From assembly GCA_965243835.1 (NCBI GenBank), contig OZ251578.1:2464303-2528302 (forward strand): a stretch of 64,000 bases of DNA, written 5' to 3'. A program made the position numbers and the translations under genes. The notes below the pieces were generated by a model that ran no database searches, had not been told where the DNA came from, and worked only from the letters and a program-made list of their open reading frames with translations. Below, piece after piece: positions 33,073-40,728 of the stretch (position 1 is its first letter; every line of letters starts with the position of its first letter). Source of the stretch: Candidatus Spongiisociaceae bacterium. GTDB lineage: Bacteria; Actinomycetota; Acidimicrobiia; Spongiisociales; Spongiisociaceae.

Positions 33073-33828
33073 TCAGGCGATGGACTGCCCGGCGTCCAGG
33101 AAAATGGTGGAGCCGGTGGCCAGCCGGGATTCGTCGGAGGCCAGGAACACCGCCGCCCCCGCCACATCCTCGGGAACACCGATGGTTTTCAGGGGGATCA
33201 GCGACAACCGGTGCTCCCGAAACTCCGGGTCGGCGATGTCATCCCGGTTGAGGTCGGTTTCGATCAGCCCGGGGGCGATCCCGTTGGCCCGGATCCCGTA
33301 GGGGGCCAACTCCAGGGCCAACTGCCTGGTCAGCATGCGCACCCCTCCTTTGGCGCAACAGTAGTGGGCGAGGTCAACCACCGCCGACTGCTCGCAGACG
33401 GAGGAAATATTGATGATGACCCCCGACCGCCGCTCGACCATTTTCCGGGCCGCGGCCTGCGCGCACAGGAAATACCCTTTCAGGTTTACGGCCATGATGC
33501 GATCCCATTCCCGCTCGGTAATCTCGAAAAAGGGAGTCCGTTTCAGAACGCCGGCGTTGTTGACCAGAATGTCGATCCGTCCGAATCGGTCCGCGGCCGC
33601 CGCCATCAGCCGCTCCGCTTCCCCCGGCGCGGAAACGTCGGCCCGCACCGCCAAGGCCCGCTGTCCCGTCCGCTCTATCTCCGCCACCGCTTCCCCGGCC
33701 TCCGCCTCGCGCACCCGGTAGCCGACCGCCACATCCGCCCCCTCCCGGGCCAACCCGACCGCGATGGCCCGCCCGATGGAACGGGAGGCCCCGGTCACCA
33801 CCGCTACCTTGTCCCGCAATCGCATCAT
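33073..33828 (-). CDS. SDR family oxidoreductase (FabG-like)
   Basis: TGASRSIGRAIA Rossmann motif and the catalytic YxxxK context. Confidence 0.85.
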   Translation of the reverse strand: MMRLRDKVAVVTGASRSIGRAIAVGLAREGADVAVGYRVREAEAGEAVAEIERTGQRALAVRADVSAPGEAERLMAAAADRFGRIDILVNNAGVLKRTPFFEITEREWDRIMAVNLKGYFLCAQAAARKMVERRSGVIINISSVCEQSAVVDLAHYCCAKGGVRMLTRQLALELAPYGIRANGIAPGLIETDLNRDDIADPEFREHRLSLIPLKTIGVPEDVAGAAVFLASDESRLATGSTIFLDAGQSIA

Positions 33829-34014
33829 TCAGCCCTCCCGTCTCACTGCTCCGACCCGCCGCAAACCCAACGAACTGTAGTCGGCTATCAGTTAAACAGC
33901 TAGCAGGGGAAGATGCCCCGCCGCGCCGGGAAAACCCGCGTTTCCCCCCCGGGGCGGGCGACGAACCGGGTATAGTGATTTTTTGACGCTCGCTCAAGGA
34001 AGGAGACGCTGAGC

Positions 34015-35367
34015 ATGTTCGGGACGAATTCGACGGGGATGACCAGGCGGCAGTTTTTGCGCAACGGTTCGCTGACCGCTTTGGGGTCGGTGGGCGGTTT
34101 GTCGGCGCTGTTGGCGGCCTGCGGAGGCGATGACGATTCGGTGCCGGAGGCCACCATGCCCGGGAACGACCTCACCGGAGCGGTGAGCTTGTTGCTGGGA
34201 ACGCATATGGACCCCGTCAAGCAGATCATCGACGGCTATCCGGCGCAAAACGGAGTCACCCCCCAAGTGGAGGAGATCACCACCCCCGATCTGCGCAGCA
34301 AACTGACCACCTCCTTTTTGGCCGAAAGCTCCCCATGGGATGCGGCTTTCGTAACCGCCGAACTGGGGGCGGAGCTGGCGGACCGCAACTGGCTGACCAA
34401 CGCCTCCGCCTGGGTGGAAGAAAAAGTCCGCTCCCGGGGGAACCTGCTGGAACGGGGCATGGGAGCCGTCGAATCCCGGGGCGCCACTTGGGCGGTGCCG
34501 TGGACGATGGGCAGCCAGTTGCTGCACTGGAACCGGGGGTTGATGGAGCAAGCGGGCCTGGACCCGGACGCCCCCGCCGCCTGGCACGAAACCCCCAACT
34601 CGTGGGACATGTTCGTGGAATACGGCAAAGCCATGACCGCGGAACGCGACGGGCAACAGTACTACGGCTACACCGACGCCTGGGCGGACACGCATGTCCT
34701 GTGGACCTGGGGCGGGATGTTGCACATGCACGGCGGGGATTTCCTGGACGAGGAGGGCCAGCCGGCCTGGAACTCGGAGGCCGGGGTGGCCGCCACCGAA
34801 AAGTTGTACGACCTGTTGCACACCCATCGGATCATCGACCCGGCCGCCCCCACCTACACTTGGGTGTTCGACGCCGCCCCCGGTTTTCTGGAAGGCAACC
34901 GGGGGATGTTCATCAGTTGGCCGTTCATCGCCGGCATCGCCGCCTCCCCCGACTCGCCTTTCCGCAGCGGGGTGGCCCCCAACCCGGCGGTGGAGACCAG
35001 CGGGTCGGTGGACGGATCCGAGTTCTTCGGAGTGCCGGTGTTCGCCGACAACCCGGACGAGGCGTGGCGCTTCCTGGAGGCAATCGTCTCCCCGGAGGGA
35101 CAGCGGATCGTGGCTTTGGGCGGATGGGCCTCCATCTACCGCGACATCCTCAACGAGCCGGACATCGTGGAGGCCTTCCCCTTCTACCCGGCCTTGGCCA
35201 AGGCCTACGAGTATCCGGTGGACGGCGGCTGGTCGGCGGACCGCCCCCGGTGGACGCAGTTCCTGGCCGACAAGATCCACGATGTGTTGAACAACGCCGC
35301 CTCCCCCCAAGAGGCGCTGGACGATGCGGCGCGGTTGACCACCGAAGCCCGGCAGCAGGACGAGTGA
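34015..35367 (+). CDS. ABC transporter substrate-binding protein (family 1 sugar-binding) with Tat signal
   Basis: MTRRQFLRNGS twin-arginine signal. Extracellular solute-binding protein family 1. Confidence 0.8.
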   Translation: MFGTNSTGMTRRQFLRNGSLTALGSVGGLSALLAACGGDDDSVPEATMPGNDLTGAVSLLLGTHMDPVKQIIDGYPAQNGVTPQVEEITTPDLRSKLTTSFLAESSPWDAAFVTAELGAELADRNWLTNASAWVEEKVRSRGNLLERGMGAVESRGATWAVPWTMGSQLLHWNRGLMEQAGLDPDAPAAWHETPNSWDMFVEYGKAMTAERDGQQYYGYTDAWADTHVLWTWGGMLHMHGGDFLDEEGQPAWNSEAGVAATEKLYDLLHTHRIIDPAAPTYTWVFDAAPGFLEGNRGMFISWPFIAGIAASPDSPFRSGVAPNPAVETSGSVDGSEFFGVPVFADNPDEAWRFLEAIVSPEGQRIVALGGWASIYRDILNEPDIVEAFPFYPALAKAYEYPVDGGWSADRPRWTQFLADKIHDVLNNAASPQEALDDAARLTTEARQQDE

Positions 35368-35377
35368 ACCGCCGGCG

Positions 35378-36328
35378 ATGACCGGCGGGCGGCCGCGGGG
35401 GCGGGCGCGCCGGGGGGACCCGCCCGGAATGACGTTGCGCCGCCGGGAAAGGCGGCGGGGGCTGTGGATGGCTTCCCCCGCCTTGGCCTTGGTGGCCGGG
35501 GTGTACGTCGTACCGGCCCTCGCCACCCTCCTGTTCAGCATCAGCCGGGTGGGCGTCTCGCCGTTGCGCATCCGGCGGCTGGCCGGGTGGGGCAACTTCG
35601 TCAACATCATCACCGGCGAAGGTTTCTGGTCCATCACCGTCCGCACCCTCTATTTCGGGGCGTTGCTGACCGCCGTCACCATGGCGGCCGCTTTCCTGAT
35701 CGCCTTGTTGCTCAACCGGCCTTTCCGGGGGCGGGCGCTGGTAGCCGTGGTGGTGCTGTTGCCATGGGCGGTGCCGCCGGTGGTGTCCGGGGTGCTGTGG
35801 ACGCAGATGTTCCACGCCGACTTCGGTTTCATAAACGGCCTGTTGCGCTCCTTAGGCGGGGAGGGGAACATCATCTGGCTGGGGAACCCGCAACTGGCCC
35901 TGCTGGCGGTGCTGGCCGCGGAAATCTGGCGGTGGATACCGTTCGCGGCCCTGTTCCTGCTGGCCGGTCTGAAAACCATCCCCCCCGCCCTGCGGGAAGC
36001 GGCCGCCATGGACGGGGCCGGGGCGTGGGGGACATTCCGCCGCATCACTTTTCCGTTGATGGCCCCGGTGACCGTCCCGGTGGCCATTTTCCTGTTCGTG
36101 TGGTCGATGAAAGTCTTCGACACCATTTTCATCCTCACCCGGGGCGGGCCCAGCGGCAACACCACCACCCTCAACTATCTGGTCTACCAGCTGGGTTTCG
36201 AACAGTTCGATTTCGGTTCGGCCTCCGCCGCCGCCTACCTGCTCACCATCCTCACGGTTGCGGTCATCGCCGGACTGGTTTACATGCGCCGCCGGGCCCG
36301 CGCCCTGGCCGGAGGGGGCGTCCGATGA
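35378..36328 (+). CDS. Sugar ABC transporter permease (MalF/UgpA-like)
   Basis: Six TM helices and the EAA loop (EAAAMDGAGAW). Confidence 0.8.
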   Translation: MTGGRPRGRARRGDPPGMTLRRRERRRGLWMASPALALVAGVYVVPALATLLFSISRVGVSPLRIRRLAGWGNFVNIITGEGFWSITVRTLYFGALLTAVTMAAAFLIALLLNRPFRGRALVAVVVLLPWAVPPVVSGVLWTQMFHADFGFINGLLRSLGGEGNIIWLGNPQLALLAVLAAEIWRWIPFAALFLLAGLKTIPPALREAAAMDGAGAWGTFRRITFPLMAPVTVPVAIFLFVWSMKVFDTIFILTRGGPSGNTTTLNYLVYQLGFEQFDFGSASAAAYLLTILTVAVIAGLVYMRRRARALAGGGVR

Positions 36329-37158
36329 GGCGCCGCCGGCGCGCCGCCGCCCTGCTCACCTACGTCGGGGCGGCCGTAGTGGTGATCGTAATGGGTTTCC
36401 CCCTGTACGGGATCGTGCTGACCAGCATTCAGGAGGAGAGCGACATCCGCTCGCGGGATGTGCGGTTCGTTCCCCAATATGTCGTCACCGAACATTACGA
36501 GCGGGTTCTGTCCCCCGACAGCGGAGTCCCGGTGCGCCGCTCCCTGGCCAACAGCCTCATCGTGTCCTTGGGCGCGGCCGCGGCCACGGTGTCCCTGTCC
36601 CTGCCCGCCGCTTACGGGCTGACCCGGTTCCGCCCGCCGGGAACCCGACTTATCAACGGGGCCCTGGCCTCGGTCTATATTTTCCCGACTTTGCTGTTCG
36701 TCATCCCCATTTTCCTGGTGTGGAACCGCCTGGGATTGTTCGACACCTACCTGGGGCTGATCATCCCCTACACGGCTTTTATGATTCCGTTCGTGGTGTT
36801 TATGCTCAGCGCCTTCGTGCGGGCCATCCCGGCCGAGGTGGAGGAAGCGGCCCGGCTGGACGGGGCCAACCAGCGGCAGATCCTGTTGCGGGTGGTGCTG
36901 CCCCTGCTCCGCCCCGGCATTTTCGCCTGCCTGTTGCTGGGGTTCATCCTGGCCTGGATCGAGTTTCTGACCCCGCTTTTGTTCACCAGCGAGTTGACTT
37001 TGCTCACCGTGGCCCTGGGGCTGTTCCGTTCCACCATCGACATCCAAATCGGGCAGTTGGCGGCGGCGGCGGTCATCACCGCCCTGCCGGTAATTTTAGT
37101 AACCGCCCTTTTTCAAAGCCAGATTCGCCAAATAACCACCGCCGGAGTGGAACAATAA
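36325..37158 (+). CDS. Sugar ABC transporter permease (MalG/UgpE-like)
   Basis: ATGA overlap with the upstream permease. EAA motif (EAARLDGANQRQ). Confidence 0.8.
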   Translation: MRRRRRAAALLTYVGAAVVVIVMGFPLYGIVLTSIQEESDIRSRDVRFVPQYVVTEHYERVLSPDSGVPVRRSLANSLIVSLGAAAATVSLSLPAAYGLTRFRPPGTRLINGALASVYIFPTLLFVIPIFLVWNRLGLFDTYLGLIIPYTAFMIPFVVFMLSAFVRAIPAEVEEAARLDGANQRQILLRVVLPLLRPGIFACLLLGFILAWIEFLTPLLFTSELTLLTVALGLFRSTIDIQIGQLAAAAVITALPVILVTALFQSQIRQITTAGVEQ

Positions 37159-37190
37159 GGATGGCGGACTAGCGAGGAAAGGAAGGAACC

Positions 37191-37997
37191 ATGTCCAACC
37201 AGGCGGACATAGCCAACAAAGTGGACGTGCTGGTGCAGCCGGTGGTGTTGCGGTTTGCGCTGGTGGGCGACGAAATCGCCTACTTCTTCGCCGGCCACGC
37301 CGACGGCCAACTGGACGCCATGGAACGCCACTTCGGGATCGACCCGGCGGAGCAGATGCTGTTCGACGCCAACCTGGGGTTCCTGCCGGTGTCCACCACC
37401 GTCCTCATCCGGGGGGAGCGCACCATCGTGGTGGACCCCGGCAATCATCATGTGGGCTTCTACGGGCAGTTGGGGGTCGCCTTGCGCCGGTTCGGCCTGA
37501 CCGTCGGGGATGTGGACCTGGTGGTGTGCACCCACTGCCACCACGACCATATGGCCAGCGTGTTCCGGTTTCCGGGGGTGGAACTGGTGCTGGGCGAAGG
37601 GGAGGCCGAGTTCTCCAAAGTTTTGTACGGGCCGGAGGAGGCGGGGGCCCGCCTGGCGGTGATAGGCAACCTCACCGAAGTGCCTTTGGGAGGCGAGTTG
37701 CAACTGTGCGCGGGGGTGCGGGCGGTGTCCACCCCCGGCCACACCCCCGGCCATATCAGCGTGGTGGCGGACACCGCAACGGAGCGGATCGTGATCACCG
37801 GGGATGCGGCCATGACCCGTTCCGAATACATGGGGCGGGCTTTCTCCCACTGGTATACGGACGATCAGTTGCGGGAGTTGAACGCCAGCGTGGACCGGAT
37901 GGCCGCCTTCTCCCCCACCCTGGTGATGCCCGGCCACGACCGGGCGTTTGCGCCCGGCCCCGTCCCGCCCGCCCCGGTCCCGGAGGAGGTTTCCTGA
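37191..37997 (+). CDS. MBL-fold metallo-hydrolase
   Basis: HCHHDH metal-binding motif. Confidence 0.8.
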   Translation: MSNQADIANKVDVLVQPVVLRFALVGDEIAYFFAGHADGQLDAMERHFGIDPAEQMLFDANLGFLPVSTTVLIRGERTIVVDPGNHHVGFYGQLGVALRRFGLTVGDVDLVVCTHCHHDHMASVFRFPGVELVLGEGEAEFSKVLYGPEEAGARLAVIGNLTEVPLGGELQLCAGVRAVSTPGHTPGHISVVADTATERIVITGDAAMTRSEYMGRAFSHWYTDDQLRELNASVDRMAAFSPTLVMPGHDRAFAPGPVPPAPVPEEVS

Positions 37998-37998
37998 T

Positions 37999-39000
37999 AT
38001 GAAAAAACTGCGAACGGGGGTGGTCGGGGTGGGGATGATCGGCTCCCTGCACGCCCGGGCCTACGCCGAACACGACTTGGCGGAGCTGGCGGCGGTGGCC
38101 GACGTCGACCCGGAGCGGGCGCAGGCTGCGGGGGAAATGTACGGCGTCCCCTGGTTCGGCTCCGCCGGGGAAATGCTGGACGGGGCGGAGGTGGATGCGG
38201 TCACCATCGCCGTCTCCGAACATCACCGGCGGGGGCCGGCCCTGGCCTGCGCCCGGCGCGGCGTGCATCTGCTGTTGGAGAAACCGCTGGCCCCGGACTT
38301 GGCGGGGGCGGAACGGCTGTGCGGGGAGCTCCGCCCGTTTGGGGTGAAAATCATGGTCAATTTCATTCTCCGGTTCGACCCCCGGTTCATGGCCGTCAAA
38401 GAAGCCGCCGCCTCGGGTCGGCTGGGAACGTTGCACTATCTGTCCGCCCGGCGCCGGGGAACCGGCTTGGGGGCGGAAATCTACGGGCCGTGGACCGACC
38501 TGCTGATCTCCACCGGCATCCACGACCTGGAGGCGATGGCCTGGATCGTAGACGCCCCGGTGGAGCGGGTGTACGCGGAGGGGGTGTCCCGGCGGTCGGC
38601 GGAGTGGGGGCATCAGGATGCGGTGGCGGTGCTGATGAGGTTCTCCGGGGACGTCATCGCCGCCCTGGAAACCAGCTGGGTGTTGCCCGCCGGGGCCCCC
38701 GCCCCCCTCGATGCCTCCCTGCATGTCATAGGAGACGGCGGGTCGGCGGTGATCGAGGGTTCCAACAGCGGACTGTCCATCCTGGACGAGCAGGGATTCT
38801 CCCACCCCGACTTGGTGCACTGGCCGGTGAACCAGCGGGGCCTGGGCGGGGACCTGGCGGCGGCGGTGGATCATTTCATCCGCTCCGTCCTGGCCGACCG
38901 GGACCCGCAAGTGGGCTTGGAGCAGGGCCTCTACGCCCACCGCCTGGTAGACGCCGCCGACCGCTCCCTCCGTGAAAACCGCCCCATATACCTGGAATAA
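37999..39000 (+). CDS. Gfo/Idh/MocA family oxidoreductase
   Basis: Start MKKLRTGVVGVGMIG preceded by a GGAGGAGG RBS. Rossmann fold plus GFO_IDH_MocA C-terminal domain. Confidence 0.85.
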   Translation: MKKLRTGVVGVGMIGSLHARAYAEHDLAELAAVADVDPERAQAAGEMYGVPWFGSAGEMLDGAEVDAVTIAVSEHHRRGPALACARRGVHLLLEKPLAPDLAGAERLCGELRPFGVKIMVNFILRFDPRFMAVKEAAASGRLGTLHYLSARRRGTGLGAEIYGPWTDLLISTGIHDLEAMAWIVDAPVERVYAEGVSRRSAEWGHQDAVAVLMRFSGDVIAALETSWVLPAGAPAPLDASLHVIGDGGSAVIEGSNSGLSILDEQGFSHPDLVHWPVNQRGLGGDLAAAVDHFIRSVLADRDPQVGLEQGLYAHRLVDAADRSLRENRPIYLE

Positions 39001-39062
39001 ACCGTCTCTTCGGAACCGAGAAGCGACAACCGCGGCGGCAACTATGGGATGGCGGAGGGGGT

Positions 39063-40364
39063 TCACCAGAGGGGGGAGGCGCGGGCGGGGGGTTTGTCCG
39101 GCCGCCGCGCGGGGGGAGGAGGCGGGGGCGGCCCGGCGCGGGGGCGGGTTTGCCACTTGTTTCCAATTTTTACCAGTTCCCGGTTATGCTCCCCCAACTC
39201 TCGGTGATGAGGCCCGCACAAGGACGCCAGATTGTCGATGTCGGTGGGACCGCCGTCGTACCAGTCCCGCAGATGGTGCAACTCGGTGCGGTGAACGGGG
39301 GCGTCGCACCGCACGCATCCCTTGTCCCGCACCGCGGCCGCCAGCCGTTGCGCCCCGTTGCCCAACCGCTGATTGCGCCCCAACCACAGGACTCGTCCTT
39401 TCCCCCCGAAGATGATCCCGCACACGGAAGAGTCCGGCGACAGATTGCCCAACACGGAAGGCGGAACGGGCCCGGTCCCCAAAATCTCGCAAGACCCATC
39501 CGGGCGGGAGCCGTCTAGCAACCCGAGGTCGGCCACTACCACCACTTGCGTTAGGGCCGGTCCCGGTTTCCCCTCGCCGTCGGGGAGGGGTTCCAAGGTG
39601 TGCGCCCGGCGGCCGGTAAGCAACTCCGACAAGGCGTCCGCCCGACGTTGCTCATTAGTGCGAATGTCATCGGGGTGAACCTCCCCACCGGAATCATCCC
39701 GCCGCAACAAGTCAGTATGCTTATCCAAGGCTTGCCGCACCTGCCCGAAGCTTATGTAATCCAACTCGGCATGCAGGACTCCCATCTCCAACTCCTTGCT
39801 CCAAAACAAATGCGCCTTGCGTCGCTTCTTCTGCCGCTCCAGCAACTCCTCGCCCCGATCCGGGCTACGGGAGTTGGCCCACCGGCGGGACCGCTTGCGG
39901 AAATCATCCGGATTAGACGCCGCCGCCTCCTCCAAAAACCCCCGATCCTCATCCACCCGCTTGCTTCCGCACTCACCGGCGGCCGCGGCCAGGGCCGAGG
40001 CGTTCTGCAAAGTAATCTCCCCCGCCTCCAACTTGGCCCGCGTGTTGGGCATCTCCTCCAAGCGGCGGGCCACCCGCGACAGGCGCTTGGCCTGATGATC
40101 GGTAACCCCCAACCGATCCCGCAACACCTCACCCGCCCCCGCTCCCCCATCGGTGCGGCTGAGCCGACCGGCCAAATCACATTTCAATGAAGACATCTGC
40201 GACTCCATACGACGCAGGGTCTCCGCCACCTGCCCCAACTCCTCGCGGGACGCCCCCGCTCCCACCAACCGGCGCAGATCGGCTACGGCCGCGGCGTTGG
40301 CGGCCTCCGCCCGCCCGCAAATATGTTGCGGCGTCTCAATGGAGGTGCGTGGGTTGTGCTGCAT
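39063..40364 (-). CDS. HNH endonuclease signature protein with DUF222 (REP13E12-like family)
   Basis: DUF222 architecture with a C-terminal HNH (CVRCDAPVHRTELHHLRDWYDGGPTDIDNLASLCGPHH). Start MQHNPRT at 40364 with an AAGGTGA RBS. Confidence 0.8.
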   Translation of the reverse strand: MQHNPRTSIETPQHICGRAEAANAAAVADLRRLVGAGASREELGQVAETLRRMESQMSSLKCDLAGRLSRTDGGAGAGEVLRDRLGVTDHQAKRLSRVARRLEEMPNTRAKLEAGEITLQNASALAAAAGECGSKRVDEDRGFLEEAAASNPDDFRKRSRRWANSRSPDRGEELLERQKKRRKAHLFWSKELEMGVLHAELDYISFGQVRQALDKHTDLLRRDDSGGEVHPDDIRTNEQRRADALSELLTGRRAHTLEPLPDGEGKPGPALTQVVVVADLGLLDGSRPDGSCEILGTGPVPPSVLGNLSPDSSVCGIIFGGKGRVLWLGRNQRLGNGAQRLAAAVRDKGCVRCDAPVHRTELHHLRDWYDGGPTDIDNLASLCGPHHRELGEHNRELVKIGNKWQTRPRAGPPPPPPPARRPDKPPARASPLW

Positions 40365-40439
40365 GATGTTCACCTTAGAAAGAGGGTGTGACATTCTTTT
40401 TTCGGCTTGTGCCAAGGTATAACCGGATGTTTAGAAACC

Positions 40440-40690
40440 GAATCGCGTTTCCGGGAAGACACTTGGGCTTCCATCTGCTTGACGGTTTCCACTACTTCTC
40501 CCAGCTCGCTCCGGGACGCTCCCCGACCCGAGTTGCCCGCGCAGGTCCGTCGCACAATGGCAACAGCGGCCCTTCTGGCCCGCTCGCAGGCGTGTTGGGA
40601 CGTTCCGACGGGGGCGCGGGTGTTGCGTTGCATGGTGTTCACCTTAGAGGGAGGGTGTGACATTCTTTTTTCGGGGCTTGCATACCGCGT
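40440..40690 (-). pseudogene. Truncated tandem duplicate of the DUF222/HNH gene 5' end including its RBS/promoter region
   Basis: The nucleotide string ggtgttcaccttagagggagggtgtgacattcttttttcgg repeats the sequence at 40360-40400. The encoded peptide MQRNTRAPVGTSQHACERARRAAVAIV... parallels the N-terminus of the full gene. Confidence 0.7.
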
Positions 40691-40728
40691 CGGACCGCCC
40701 GCACCCGACCAGTAAAACAGGCGGCGGG

